From contig CBDUPA010000010.1 of the NCBI GenBank assembly GCA_965368975.1, forward strand, positions 128,001 through 192,000: a stretch of DNA of 64,000 bases, in the 5' to 3' direction. Below the pieces are notes generated by a model, which did no database searches, was not told where the DNA came from, and saw nothing but the letters and a program-made list of their open reading frames with translations. This DNA comes from an uncultured bacterium. Lineage in GTDB: Bacteria; Acidobacteriota; Thermoanaerobaculia; Multivoradales; JAHZIX01. Made by a program: the position numbers and the translations under genes. Shown here piece by piece: positions 9,338-20,148 of the stretch. Each line of letters opens with the position of its first letter. Position 1 is the stretch's first letter.

Positions 9338-11284
9338 TCAGGCAGGAATCGGCCCGCGACGCTCGCTCTCTGACGGCAAAGGTGACGGCGCAGCAGACGA
9401 CGCAGCCGTACTCGGCTTGCCGGAGCGTTGGTAGCCAGGCACCAGGTCGGTGAACAGCCGCAGCACCGTCTCGACATCCTCGGCCGCGGCAGCAGCACCC
9501 AGACGCTCGACGTAGTCGTCGAGATCGGCACGCGGAGCCGGGCACTCGGCGACCGAAATCTTGCGGTCGACGCGCTGGTTGTTCTCTTCCTCCTCGGTGA
9601 GCAGCTCCTCGTACAGCTTCTCGCCCGGCCGCAGACCGACAATCTCGAGCTTGATGTCGACGTCCGGTGCCAGCCCGGACATCGTGATCATGTGCCGCGC
9701 CAGATCCAGGATCTTGATCTGCTCGCCCATCTCCAGCACACACAGCTCACCGTAGTCCGCGTAACCTGCCTTGAGCACCAGGCCGACCGCCTCACTGATG
9801 GTCATGAAGTAGCGTCGCACATCCGGATGCGTGACGGTCACCGGCCCACCAGCGGCGATCTGCTCACGGAACAGCGGCACCACCGAGCCGGCCGAGTCGA
9901 GCACGTTACCGAAGCGGACGGCCGTAAAGCGCGTCTTCGATCGCCGCGCCATCGAGCGCACCAGCATCTCCCCGACGCGCTTGCTGGCTCCCATGACGCT
10001 GGTCGGCCGCACGGCCTTGTCGGTGGAGATGAAGACGAAGCGTTCGGCCCCGAAATCGTGTGCCGCACGCGCCACGTGTCGCGTCCCCAACACGTTGTTC
10101 TTCACCGCCTCGCAGGGCGCTTGCTCCATCAGCGGTACGTGCTTGTGCGCGGCAGCGTGGAAGACGTCCTCAGGACGGTAGCGCTCGAACAGCTTGCGCA
10201 CCCGCGTCTCGTCGCGCACATCGGCGACCTCGGCCAGTACCTCGATCTCGGGATGTTCGCGCGCGAAGCGGCGCTTGAGCAGGTACATGCCGTTCTCGTT
10301 CATGTCGACCAGAACCAGCTGGCGCACTCCTGCTTCCAGCAACTGCTTGCAGATCTCGCTGCCGATCGAGCCGGCGCCGCCCGTGACCAACGCCACGCGC
10401 GAAACGATCGCGGCGGCGTCTTCACTGGTGGCGAAGCACACGGGTTCGCGCGGCAGCAGGTCCTCCGTCGAAAGATCCTGCAGCATCGAGGCCGAGGGCC
10501 GGTTATGGAAGTAGGTGTAGGACACCGGCAACATCTTGAACCGCAGCTTGAGGTCGGCACACACCGAGAGAATCTCGCGAATGCGCTGGGCAGAGAGTTC
10601 AGGGATCGCGATCAGCAGCTGCTCTACCTGGTGGCGCGAGACGATCTGCGGCAGCTGGGCGATACCGCCCAAGATCGGTTTGCCGTAGACGATCGTGCCG
10701 TGCTTGGTCGGATCGTCGTCGACAAACGCCACCACCTGGTAATGATGATCGTGCGAGCGTTGCAGGTCGCGCAGCAGCATCTCACCGGAGGCTCCGCCGC
10801 CGAGAATGACGGTGCGGGCCACGGTCGTCCGGCGCGCGCGGTCGCGGTCGGCGCGGTACATCCAGGCCAGGCGAGGCGCGAACCGTAGTGCCGCCATCAG
10901 CGCGACACTCAGCAGCAGCTCCAAGACCACCGCAGAGCGCGGCGGGAAGGTCAGCCGCGTCAGGAACAGGCCCATGACGAACAAGCCGGTACCGAGCAGT
11001 CCACTCAAGCCCACTCGCGCGCCGTCCGTCAAGCCCGAGAAGCGGAACGACCAGCGATGCACGCGCAGCAAGGCGCTGGCGGTGATGCGCGCCGCCGCCA
11101 GCAGCAGTAGGACCCAGCCCAGGTCTTTCCACCACGCGGCCGGGATGGCTCCCTCGAAGCGTAGGAGCAGGGCGAGCCACAACGACAACGCACCGAGAAA
11201 ACCATCGACCAGCAGGATGACGGCCTGGCGCAGCGGCGCCGAGCGCAGGAGACGATCACGAAGTTTTAGGTTGGCAGGAGTCAT
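9338..11284 (-). CDS. Membrane-anchored nucleotide-sugar 4,6-dehydratase (PglF/WbpM/CapD family)
   Basis: N-terminal TM helices; VTGGAGSIGSE, HAAAHKHVP, ISTDKAV, MGASK, VRFGNVL and GLRPGEKLYEEL motifs. Confidence 0.92.
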   Translation of the reverse strand: MTPANLKLRDRLLRSAPLRQAVILLVDGFLGALSLWLALLLRFEGAIPAAWWKDLGWVLLLLAAARITASALLRVHRWSFRFSGLTDGARVGLSGLLGTGLFVMGLFLTRLTFPPRSAVVLELLLSVALMAALRFAPRLAWMYRADRDRARRTTVARTVILGGGASGEMLLRDLQRSHDHHYQVVAFVDDDPTKHGTIVYGKPILGGIAQLPQIVSRHQVEQLLIAIPELSAQRIREILSVCADLKLRFKMLPVSYTYFHNRPSASMLQDLSTEDLLPREPVCFATSEDAAAIVSRVALVTGGAGSIGSEICKQLLEAGVRQLVLVDMNENGMYLLKRRFAREHPEIEVLAEVADVRDETRVRKLFERYRPEDVFHAAAHKHVPLMEQAPCEAVKNNVLGTRHVARAAHDFGAERFVFISTDKAVRPTSVMGASKRVGEMLVRSMARRSKTRFTAVRFGNVLDSAGSVVPLFREQIAAGGPVTVTHPDVRRYFMTISEAVGLVLKAGYADYGELCVLEMGEQIKILDLARHMITMSGLAPDVDIKLEIVGLRPGEKLYEELLTEEEENNQRVDRKISVAECPAPRADLDDYVERLGAAAAAEDVETVLRLFTDLVPGYQRSGKPSTAASSAAPSPLPSESERRGPIPA

Positions 11285-11433
11285 TCTCGGAGCTCGAGAT
11301 GGGCCACACAAGGCCCGAAGATAGAAAGTCGATCACGAGATCGCAGTACAGGTCGCTCGAGGGACCGTAGGATCGTTCGACCAAGGATCGCAAGAGATGT
11401 TGTCAATTCAGCATATCACGAAGACAATTCGAG

Positions 11434-12519
11434 TCAGCCTATCGACGCAGGACCGACCGACTGCCGCTCGCGTACGAGCGTGAAGCCCAACTGCAACACG
11501 AAGAGACCTCCCGCCGCCGCCAGCGCCCAGCCATCCGCCTGCCGAGTCAGGGCCAGCGTCGACGTCAGAACGGCCATTGCGCCGACCCCCGCGGCCACGG
11601 TCGCATGCCCCACACCACTCTGCACCAATCGCTGGTAGAGATGGCTCCGATGCGCCTGCCAGACTCGCTCACCACGCAGCAAGCGACGCAGCAGGGTGAA
11701 GGTCGCGTCAGCGAGAAAAGGCCAGAGGAAAAGAGCCACGTAGGGAATCAGCACGGCGGCCGTGAGCTGCCATTCGGCGGCAGGCTGGGAGGCGCCAGGC
11801 GTTGCCCCGAAGGTGAACGGAGCGGCGGCGACTAGGAGACCGAGAGAGCCGCTGCCCACATCCCCCAAGAACACCCGTGCCGGACGCCGCGCGCGCCAGT
11901 TGAACACCAGAAAGCCAGCACTCGCAGCTGCTAGCGCCGGGCCGAGCCAGCCCCAACACCCTGAAGCATGCAAGCCGTGATGCAGAACGCCCAGCGCCAC
12001 TCCGGCGATCAGCAGCTGCAAGCCGGTGATGCCGTCGATACCGTCCATGAAGTTGACAAAGTTGAGGACCGCCACCAGCCACAAGACGGCGAGTACCAAC
12101 CCCAGGGCCGCCGGCACCTCGACATCGAACGGCGCCGGCAGCGGCAGGCGCGACAGGCCGCCCGCCGGCACAGCGACGAGCAAGGCTGCCCCCAGGTGGA
12201 CAGCCAGACGGACACCGGAGGGAACGCTGCGGCGGTCGTCGAGCATCCCGACCACGGCTACCGCCGCCACCGCCGCGACTAGATTCCAAGGTGGCAGATT
12301 CCAAGGTGGTAGAAGCTCTCCACTCCACAACGCCACGACCGCACCAGCTGCCAGCAACCCCACAAGGATTCCCAGCCCACCACCACGCGGTGTCGGGATC
12401 TCGTGCGACGAGCGCTCGTTCGGCTGGTCCAGCAATTCGGCTCGGCGCAGCCAGCCGATCAACCAGCCGGTGGCCAGAGTGGAGACGACCAGCGCCGCGA
12501 CAGTGGGCAACCAAAGCAT
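11434..12519 (-). CDS. Undecaprenyl-phosphate HexNAc-1-P transferase (WbpL/WecA, MraY superfamily)
   Basis: DQPNERSSH..PTPRGGG, GMLDD, NFMDGIDG, FLGDVGS and AHRSHLYQRL motifs; multiple TM helices. Confidence 0.92.
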   Translation of the reverse strand: MLWLPTVAALVVSTLATGWLIGWLRRAELLDQPNERSSHEIPTPRGGGLGILVGLLAAGAVVALWSGELLPPWNLPPWNLVAAVAAVAVVGMLDDRRSVPSGVRLAVHLGAALLVAVPAGGLSRLPLPAPFDVEVPAALGLVLAVLWLVAVLNFVNFMDGIDGITGLQLLIAGVALGVLHHGLHASGCWGWLGPALAAASAGFLVFNWRARRPARVFLGDVGSGSLGLLVAAAPFTFGATPGASQPAAEWQLTAAVLIPYVALFLWPFLADATFTLLRRLLRGERVWQAHRSHLYQRLVQSGVGHATVAAGVGAMAVLTSTLALTRQADGWALAAAGGLFVLQLGFTLVRERQSVGPASIG

Positions 12520-13520
12520 CAGCGCTCCTCTCTCCCCTGCACCGACTTTCCCTGCACCGCGTCGTGCTCCAGGATCGCCGGTGCCAGCTGCGTCAGGTCG
12601 ACGGTCGGACGCCAGCCGGTGGCCGCCTCGAACGGTGCTCCGTCATAGACGGCATCCTCATCGAGCTTGGCCAGCACCTCTGAAGACCAGGGCAAGGGGC
12701 GCCCGAGCCAGCGCTCCCCCATGTCTCCGAGACGCGCCAGCAGACGTAGCGGGGCTCGCGGCCCCCACAGCGGGACCGCCCCCAGATGCGCGGCGTGACA
12801 CAGCGTCTCGCCGATCTCACGCAGGCTGTAAGGACGAGCGTCCGTGACGGTGAAGCGGTGGAACCCGCCTTGCAGTACGGCCTCCTCAAGCGTCGCCAGC
12901 ACGGCGGAAGCAGCATTGGGAGCAGCCAGTAGGGTGCGCCGGGCGACACCGCCGCCGATGTGCAGCGCGCAGCCGCGGCTCGCCAGCCACACCAGGCGTC
13001 CGAAATTGGCGCGCACTCCCGGTCCGTAGAGCAGGGGCAAGCGCAACGCGACCCCAGTGTGAGCCCTGGACTCCGCGGTCCAATCGCGCACCAAGGCTTC
13101 GGCCTGCCGCTTGGCCTGGCCGTAAAGCTTGTCGGATTCTCCACCTTCGTCTCGACTCCCGGCAAGGACGCTCGAGACCAGCACGACGCGCGACACTTGC
13201 CAGCTTGACGCGAGTTGCAGCACACGCCGCGTGCCCTCGACGTTGACTTGCCGCACGCGCGCTGCCATGTCCGGGCCCGGACGCGAATGCGCCAGCGCGG
13301 CGGCGTGGACGATGGCCGCGGGAGGCTCGCCGACAAGTTGCAGGCTCGCAGCAGCCTCGTCACCGATGTCGACCTGCCGCCATTGAACGGCGGGGCAGGA
13401 AAGCTCTCCAGGGTGCCGCCGGTACCAGGCTTCAACGTGCCAGCCGGTCGCCACCGCGGCCTCGACCAAGTAGCCGCCCAGGAATCCGCTGGCCCCGGTG
13501 ATCACAAGGCGGCGAGTCAT
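12519..13520 (-). CDS. NAD-dependent epimerase/dehydratase
   Basis: TGASGFLG Rossmann motif; YGQAK (YxxxK); LRLPLLYGPG. Confidence 0.88.
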   Translation of the reverse strand: MTRRLVITGASGFLGGYLVEAAVATGWHVEAWYRRHPGELSCPAVQWRQVDIGDEAAASLQLVGEPPAAIVHAAALAHSRPGPDMAARVRQVNVEGTRRVLQLASSWQVSRVVLVSSVLAGSRDEGGESDKLYGQAKRQAEALVRDWTAESRAHTGVALRLPLLYGPGVRANFGRLVWLASRGCALHIGGGVARRTLLAAPNAASAVLATLEEAVLQGGFHRFTVTDARPYSLREIGETLCHAAHLGAVPLWGPRAPLRLLARLGDMGERWLGRPLPWSSEVLAKLDEDAVYDGAPFEAATGWRPTVDLTQLAPAILEHDAVQGKSVQGREER

Positions 13521-14809
13521 GCTTGCACCTCACCGGACGTCCGTAGCAGTTCGGCGTAGAGCTCCAGGGTCTGCCGGTGCACCACGTCCTGGCTCAGCTC
13601 GCGGCACACCAGCTCACGGGCCCCCGCGGCCAGGCGTCGACGTCGCTCGGGATCACTCAGCAGGGCTTCGAGGGCATCCGCCAGTGCAGCGGCGTCGCGC
13701 ACGGGCACGAGGACTCCACTCACCTCCGGCTGGGCGATCTCGCGACAGCCCGGAATGTCCGTCGCGATCAAGGCTCGCTCACAGGCCGCGGCCTCGAGCA
13801 ACGACTTCGGCAACCCCTCATGGTAGCTCGGCAACACGGCCAGCAGGCTCTCGGCCCACACCTCGCGCACGTCCGCGACCTCACCCCGCCATTCAACCAG
13901 GCCTTCGTCCTGCCAGCGCTGTAGGGTGATTTCGTCCAGACACGCGGGATTCACTGGATCCCGGCGGCCGGCGAGCAGGCCACGCACCGGTTGACCGTCG
14001 ACGGCGAAGCCCCGGTCACGCAACAAGCGCAGGGCCTCGACGAACTCGACCACGCCCTTGTCGCGCAGCATACGACCGACCAGCGCCACCGTCGGAGGAA
14101 GCGCAGCGGCGCTCGGGTCCGAGTGTGCAGGTTCCGGGAGGGCATGGAAGTGCTCGACATCGACCCCCGAGCCACGCACCAGGCGCAGCGTCGAGGCAGG
14201 CAGCGACGCTTGTAGCCGTTCGAAGGTCTCAGGATTCTGCACCACCGTACGAACACTCTTCCCTCGAAACCATAGGCGCAACCAGAAACGCACCAGCGTC
14301 CGCACCACACGGTGCTTCCAGCCGCGAGCGAAGAAGAGATAGCCCAGGCCGCCAAAGGTATTGAGCACCGGAACACCGGCCAGACGACCAGCGCAGGTAC
14401 CGAGCAGGCACGGCTTCAGCGCCACGTTGTGGACCAGCCGCGGCCGCACCCGGCGCAAGATGCGCCACAAGGCCCAGACACCCGCCAGCGCACGGTCGGG
14501 CCGTAGACTGGAACGATCGAGCTGAAACGACACCAGGTGCAGCCCCGCGTCGGTGATCTCCCGAGCCCGCGTCCCCGGGCGTGTGGCAACCCAGACGTCG
14601 TACCCCGCGTCACGGGCGGCCAGGGCCAGCGGCAGACGATGTGACAGGAAGTACCAATCTTCGGTCACCACAAGCAGCAGGCGCGGCGCGTCTCCGGTCG
14701 GCCCCGGAGAGACTTCATCAGGTACCTGGCACCTCAAGATACGGCCTCGCGACCCAGGAACCGAATTATACTCAGCTTCATAGCCAAAAAGCCGAACATC
14801 ATTCGTCAT
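13517..14809 (-). CDS. Glycosyltransferase family 4 (PglA-like); exact start uncertain
   Basis: EDWYFLSHR, GSGVD, GRMLRDKG and PSYHEGLPKSLLEAAA motifs. Confidence 0.88.
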   Translation of the reverse strand: MTNDVRLFGYEAEYNSVPGSRGRILRCQVPDEVSPGPTGDAPRLLLVVTEDWYFLSHRLPLALAARDAGYDVWVATRPGTRAREITDAGLHLVSFQLDRSSLRPDRALAGVWALWRILRRVRPRLVHNVALKPCLLGTCAGRLAGVPVLNTFGGLGYLFFARGWKHRVVRTLVRFWLRLWFRGKSVRTVVQNPETFERLQASLPASTLRLVRGSGVDVEHFHALPEPAHSDPSAAALPPTVALVGRMLRDKGVVEFVEALRLLRDRGFAVDGQPVRGLLAGRRDPVNPACLDEITLQRWQDEGLVEWRGEVADVREVWAESLLAVLPSYHEGLPKSLLEAAACERALIATDIPGCREIAQPEVSGVLVPVRDAAALADALEALLSDPERRRRLAAGARELVCRELSQDVVHRQTLELYAELLRTSGEVQA

Positions 14810-15752
14810 CCGCCCTGAAACCATAGCCATAGCGAAGCATCAACCACCCCCCCAACCGGCCGATGCGACGCTGTTCGTCACGACTCAAGCCCTGCCGCCA
14901 AGAGGTGTCCTCGCGTAGCCGCAGAGGTCCCCCCAGGCGCAGGCGATTGCCCGCGACCTGGTGTCCGGCAGCCACCGCCTCGCCGGCAGCGACCGAACGC
15001 GCGACATCGCTCAAGTCGACGCCGGCTAGCTCGCCCAGGCGCACCAGCTCCGCTTCAGGTGCGTGGGTCAGATCTTCGTAGCGCAGCTGCAGACGGTTCT
15101 CCGGCGTCAGCTCACGCCAGGCCAGCCATTCGGTCGCCAGGTTCATGCCGTACCAGCCGAGCACCGAGCGGTCGACCGGCGTCGACGGCAGATCGTGCTG
15201 GACGCCGGCAGCGACGTCCTTCTGCAAACTCTTCTTGCGCGACCAGGCGACGCCGCGCAGATCGCGCACCAGGTGCACCAGGCGTAGGTCGCACCAGGGC
15301 ATGTGTGCCAGCGCCCAGGCGCGTGCCGGTAGCTTGGAGGCATCGACGATCACTCGGCTGCCGGCAGCCTCGCTCACGGCGCGCAGAAGCCGGAACGTCA
15401 GCTCGCTGTAGCGCTCGAAGGCCGCCGAGTTCCAGGCCAGGTCACCGAACATCGACGGCAGAGCGCGGTGTCCCTCGAAGCGATGTTGCAGCGCCACGTA
15501 CTCGTCCAGCAGGCCTTCTTCATCGGCCACGGAAGCGTACCAGCGCTCGCGAACCTCGGTCCAAAACGGGCACGCCGTTCCCAGCTCGCCGCACGCGCAG
15601 TACTGATCGGGCGACCAACGAGTGCGCGTCAAGTTGCACAGCTCCCCGGGGCTGACCAGGTCAGGATGGCGATCGAGCAAGATACTCAGAACGGTCGAGC
15701 CACTGCGGCCCGACCCTGCGATGTAGAGCACCCGAATCTGCGTGTCTGGCAT
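14799..15752 (-). CDS. PAPS-dependent sulfotransferase
   Basis: 5'-PSB loop AGSGRSGST; DASK; 3'-PB HLVRDLRGVAWS; RYEDL. Confidence 0.88.
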   Translation of the reverse strand: MPDTQIRVLYIAGSGRSGSTVLSILLDRHPDLVSPGELCNLTRTRWSPDQYCACGELGTACPFWTEVRERWYASVADEEGLLDEYVALQHRFEGHRALPSMFGDLAWNSAAFERYSELTFRLLRAVSEAAGSRVIVDASKLPARAWALAHMPWCDLRLVHLVRDLRGVAWSRKKSLQKDVAAGVQHDLPSTPVDRSVLGWYGMNLATEWLAWRELTPENRLQLRYEDLTHAPEAELVRLGELAGVDLSDVARSVAAGEAVAAGHQVAGNRLRLGGPLRLREDTSWRQGLSRDEQRRIGRLGGWLMLRYGYGFRADDE

Positions 15753-15775
15753 GACGACTTGCTACGGTTCGAGGC

Positions 15776-17821
15776 TCAGGCCGCGACCTGCGAAGACTCC
15801 ATCGACGATCCGTGATGACGTTCGAGCCATTGCTGGAAGACCAGCACGTCCCAAAGCCAGTAGTGCCAGTCACGTTGACCACCGAGGTGGTCTGCCCAGA
15901 GCTGGCGGATCGGTTCCGGCTGCAGCCATCCCTGGTCGCGCAGCCGCCGTTCGTCGAGCAGTTCTTCGGCCCACGGCCGCAGCGGTCCGCGCAGCCAATC
16001 GGCGAGCGGCACACCGAAGCCCATCTTGGGGCGCTCGATCAACTCGATCGGCAAGTGACGGGCGAGGATCTGGCGCAGCGCCCACTTGCCCTGTCCAGCT
16101 CCGGAGCCCTTGCCCGAACCACGCCCCTGACGCACCTTGAGTCGGCGCGGCAGACGCCAGGCCAGCTCCATCACGTGATGATCGAGCAGCGGCACCCGGC
16201 ACTCCAGGCCCACCGCCATGCTGGCACGGTCGACCTTGGTCAAGATGTCGTCCGGCAGGTAAGTGATCAGGTCCAGGTACATCATGTGATCGAGAATGTG
16301 CGGCACCTCGGGCCAAGCACTGGCGTCGGAGAGAGGCGTCGCTGGCTCGTGCCCACCCAGGACCACATCGTCCGGCCGCCGCCAATGCGACACCAGGCGC
16401 AGGTAGACGTCCTGGGGCTGTCGTAGGGTCAGCAGCTCGGTCAGCTTGTGCAGCTTGTCCCCCATCGAGAAGCGGCTGCGACGCCCCAGAAGACGCGGTC
16501 CCAGCCAGCCGAACAGGCCGTCCAGCACAGGGATCGGCACCCGTCGCAGCCCGCCGGCGACCAGCGTCCGAGCGGGGGCCGGTACACGGCGCATGGAACG
16601 CCACAGCTGCTGCAGCTGGAAGTAGCGGTGGTAGCCGCCGAACAGCTCGTCGCCGCCATCGCCGGACAGCGCAACGGTAACGTCGCGCCGTGCCAGCTGC
16701 GACACCAGGAAGGTAGGGACTTGGGAAACATCGGCGAACGGCTCGGTATAGATGTCCGCCAGCCGCGGCACGACGTCGAGCGCCTGCTGGCCGCTGACGT
16801 ACATCTCGGTGTGCTCTGTCCCCAGGTGTTCGGCGACGCGGCGCGCGAAGGGGGCTTCGTCGTAGCCCTCGGTGTCAAAGCCGATGCTGAAGGTACGCAC
16901 CGGCCGGGCGCTCTGGGACTGCATGAGGGCGACGACCAGCGAGGAGTCGATACCACCGGACAGAAAGGCGCCGAGCGGCACGTCGGACTCCAGGCGCAGG
17001 CGCACGGCCTCGCGCAGCTGATCTTCGAGGCGGTCGAGCAGCTCGCTGTCGCTCCCTTCGAGCGGCTCACGGACACCCTTCTCGACGATCGATCGAGCAT
17101 CCCAGAAGGCGGTAGGTTCGACCTCGGATCCGACAGCATGGCCTGACGCCACGGCGCGCCCGACATCCAACACCAGCAGGTGTGCCGGGGGCAGCTTACG
17201 GATGCCACGGTAGATCGAGTGCGGCGCCGGCACTGCCTTGAAGCGCAGGAACGACGCCAGCGCGTCGCGGTCGATCTCGCCGTCGAACGCAGGATGGGCC
17301 GCGAGTGCGCCGAGCTCAGAGCCGAAGACGAAGACACGCTGCCGGCCAGCTCCCATCCAGCCATAGTAGAGCGGCTTCTCACCGGCGCGATCACGCGCCA
17401 GGTAGAGACAGCGCTCGGCCCGATCCCAGAGCGCCAGCGCGAACATGCCGTTGGCGCGTTCGAGCGCCCCTTGGACACCCCAGCGGCAGCAGGCTTCGAG
17501 CAGCACTTCGGTGTCCGAATGGGTATCGAAGCTGTGTCCCAGGGCGCGCAGTTCCTGCTTCAGCGCGCGGAAGTTGTAGATCTCCCCGTTGAAACAGATG
17601 CAGTAGCGCCCATCGTGCGACCATTTGGGCTGACGGCCGCGTTCACTCAAATCGAGGATCGACAGCCGCCGGTGCCCGAAGCCGACACCGCTGTCCGGGT
17701 CGTACCAGACATCGGCATCGTCCGGCCCGCGGTGACGCAGGCGGTCGCTCATGGCGCGCAGGCGAGCCTTCGCTGCAGCTGGATCGAGGCCGGGATCGAG
17801 GTATCCGGTGATGCCGCACAT
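15776..17821 (-). CDS. asnB: Asparagine synthase (glutamine-hydrolysing) family amidotransferase, probably glycan-amidating
   Basis: MCGI N-terminus; HRGPD; NGEIYN; FLSGGIDSS; SGDGGDELFGGY; KVDRASM; located in a glycan locus. Confidence 0.92.
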   Translation of the reverse strand: MCGITGYLDPGLDPAAAKARLRAMSDRLRHRGPDDADVWYDPDSGVGFGHRRLSILDLSERGRQPKWSHDGRYCICFNGEIYNFRALKQELRALGHSFDTHSDTEVLLEACCRWGVQGALERANGMFALALWDRAERCLYLARDRAGEKPLYYGWMGAGRQRVFVFGSELGALAAHPAFDGEIDRDALASFLRFKAVPAPHSIYRGIRKLPPAHLLVLDVGRAVASGHAVGSEVEPTAFWDARSIVEKGVREPLEGSDSELLDRLEDQLREAVRLRLESDVPLGAFLSGGIDSSLVVALMQSQSARPVRTFSIGFDTEGYDEAPFARRVAEHLGTEHTEMYVSGQQALDVVPRLADIYTEPFADVSQVPTFLVSQLARRDVTVALSGDGGDELFGGYHRYFQLQQLWRSMRRVPAPARTLVAGGLRRVPIPVLDGLFGWLGPRLLGRRSRFSMGDKLHKLTELLTLRQPQDVYLRLVSHWRRPDDVVLGGHEPATPLSDASAWPEVPHILDHMMYLDLITYLPDDILTKVDRASMAVGLECRVPLLDHHVMELAWRLPRRLKVRQGRGSGKGSGAGQGKWALRQILARHLPIELIERPKMGFGVPLADWLRGPLRPWAEELLDERRLRDQGWLQPEPIRQLWADHLGGQRDWHYWLWDVLVFQQWLERHHGSSMESSQVAA

Positions 17822-17836
17822 ATCGCTTCGTCGAGG

Positions 17837-19204
17837 TCAGTCCGTGGTCGCGGCGTTCGAGGTTGTGCGGATGCGTTCCGCGGGTTCCCCCCCGAGCACT
17901 TCGCGGTAGAGCCGATCATACCGCTGCGCGATGCTGGAGAGCGAATACTCGCGCTCGACCCGCTGCCGTGCCGCGGCGCCGGAGCGTCGACGCTGTTCGG
18001 GCGACAGCTGTAACTGACGCCCGATGGCGGCGGCCAGCGCTTCGGCATCATTCGGCGGCACGACCTCGGCTCCGGCGCTGTTGCGGGCACTCGCCGCGGA
18101 ACTGGCGCCAGCGATTTCCCGCGTATCGCCGACGTCGGTGACGACACACGGCACAGCGCAGGCCATTGCTTCGCCCAGCACATTGGGGAATCCCTCACTG
18201 TAGCGCGACGCACTGCACGCGACATCGAGTGCTGCGGTCAGGCGCGGCACGTCCGTGCGTTCGCCCAGCGCGTGGACCCGTGCGCCGAGCCCCCCCGACA
18301 GGTGCGCGGCCAGTTCCGGTGCCTGAACTGTCACCCCCCTGCCGGCGAGCAGGAAGTGCACGGGCGCCTCCCCATGTCGCTCTCGAGCCAACTCTTCAGC
18401 CAACTCCTCAGCCAACAGCCTGGCGGCCGCATCGAGAAACACACCGTGCCCCTTGACTGCATGCAACCGGCCGATCAACCCGACCAGACGCGTCTCGGCC
18501 GAGAGCCCCAGCTCGGCGCGCACCGAGGCTCGCGCGTCGGCGTCCGGACGGAAACGCTCCAGGTCGAAACCATTCGGGATGTAGCAGCGCCGCGCCTCAC
18601 GATAGCCCAGCTCCGCGTGCTGCTGCAGGGACAACCGCGAGTTGTAGATGCCCGCGTCGACTCGGGGCGACGCCGGCGCCCCGGCCCGGACGACCAGCCG
18701 CGTCCCGCGCTTCTCTTTCTCCAATTCGCCGATCGATTTGCGCACGTTCCACAACACCGGTACCGCCGCGGGCGCCGTCAGCACCGCCGCCAGGTTGCCG
18801 TGGTGCATCCAGCCTTGGATCAGATCTGGTCGCAGCGCGTGCAGGCGTGCCCACAGGCGCGGCAGGGCGCGCAGCAGCGACAGTGCCGACCCACGCCGCA
18901 CTCCCAACTCGACGACCTCGGCACCGGTCTGCCGTAGTCGCGGCACCAGTTCCCCGCCGGAGAGCAGCGAGACGACCGTCCAGCGGTACCGCTCTCCGAG
19001 TTCGGAGCCGGCCAGCCGCAAGAGCATCATTTCGGCGCCTCCGACGTCGAGGCCGGTGATCACGTGGGTCAAGTGAGGCTGGAACAAGCTGAGAATACCC
19101 TGGGCAACGGTGCGAAATTTGCGGGTTGGGACCGTCTCTTTCGTCAGGAGGCTCGAGTCTAGCACCGGGGGCCCATCCTGGGACACGCGATCGTCTCGGC
19201 CCAA
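17837..19204 (-). CDS. Glycosyltransferase family 4 (WbnK-like); true start probably downstream of 19204
   Basis: ITGLDVGGAE, IPNGFD, GRLHAVKG and SEGFPNVLGEAMAC motifs. Confidence 0.85.
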   Translation of the reverse strand: MGRDDRVSQDGPPVLDSSLLTKETVPTRKFRTVAQGILSLFQPHLTHVITGLDVGGAEMMLLRLAGSELGERYRWTVVSLLSGGELVPRLRQTGAEVVELGVRRGSALSLLRALPRLWARLHALRPDLIQGWMHHGNLAAVLTAPAAVPVLWNVRKSIGELEKEKRGTRLVVRAGAPASPRVDAGIYNSRLSLQQHAELGYREARRCYIPNGFDLERFRPDADARASVRAELGLSAETRLVGLIGRLHAVKGHGVFLDAAARLLAEELAEELARERHGEAPVHFLLAGRGVTVQAPELAAHLSGGLGARVHALGERTDVPRLTAALDVACSASRYSEGFPNVLGEAMACAVPCVVTDVGDTREIAGASSAASARNSAGAEVVPPNDAEALAAAIGRQLQLSPEQRRRSGAAARQRVEREYSLSSIAQRYDRLYREVLGGEPAERIRTTSNAATTD

Positions 19205-19382
19205 GCTGGGCGGGGATTTCCAAGAATTGACGACTCTTGAATGACTCCAAGCAATGCTGTATGCTCTCTCCTCATTAGAGACTCTGGCGAATTACACGGG
19301 CTACGTCGAGTCATCGAAGCTCTGCAGATCGGCCCCCTCCCGAGCTGCCCACTGAGATTTAAGGACTTTGGGAGATTTCTCC

Positions 19383-20015
19383 ATGAAGCGACACTCCGTA
19401 CTCGCATCCGCCCTACTTGTACTCTGCGCCAGCTTCCTGTGCGCATCGGCCGCTTCGGCTCAGATGGCCGTCACGACGGCAGCCGCTCTCGAGGGTACCT
19501 ACGGTCTGCAGGCCACCAACAACGGCAAGGTCTACGTCGAAGACACCACACCTAGCGCCGAAACTCACTTCCTGGCCCGGTTCTGGTTCGATGCCAACGA
19601 CTACCTGATGTCGACGGTTGGCGCCGACGGCGACACGATCCGCATCTTCCAGGCACACGACACCAACACAGGTATCGCGATCCTGCGTATTTACCTGGTA
19701 CGTCGCCTATCGGCGGGTGGCAACCAGGTCTACCGTATCCGAACGTATGCCCGACGCGACGACGGCAGCATGGCTCGTGGTGAGAACCTGTCGCTGGCCA
19801 ACATCCCGCGCCATATCGAGCTCGAGTGGCAGGCATCTTCGGCTCCCGGAGCCAACGATGGCTTCGCCCGCCTGACGCGCCTCGACACCGGGCAAACACG
19901 CGAATCGACGGGCATCGACAACGATACCTACTCCATCGACCTGGTCCGCCTGGGTATCTTCGGTGGTGATGGCTCCGGCACCATCTACTTCGACAGCTAC
20001 GAATCGTTCCGCTGA
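19383..20015 (+). CDS. Secreted beta-sandwich protein of unknown function
   Basis: GGGAG RBS; signal peptide ..ASAASA; alternating beta-strand pattern ending GTIYFDSYESFR; typical codon usage. Confidence 0.7.
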   Translation: MKRHSVLASALLVLCASFLCASAASAQMAVTTAAALEGTYGLQATNNGKVYVEDTTPSAETHFLARFWFDANDYLMSTVGADGDTIRIFQAHDTNTGIAILRIYLVRRLSAGGNQVYRIRTYARRDDGSMARGENLSLANIPRHIELEWQASSAPGANDGFARLTRLDTGQTRESTGIDNDTYSIDLVRLGIFGGDGSGTIYFDSYESFR

Positions 20016-20148
20016 AGTGGGCTGGGGACTGCTCGTAGCGCAGAGCTGCGAGCGAAGCTCCACACGTCTGCCTCACAAGCGGAGCTGAGGAAACAGCCGA
20101 GTCGCCTAGCACGGCGCTTGGCTGTTTTCATTTGTACCGAGATCCACG

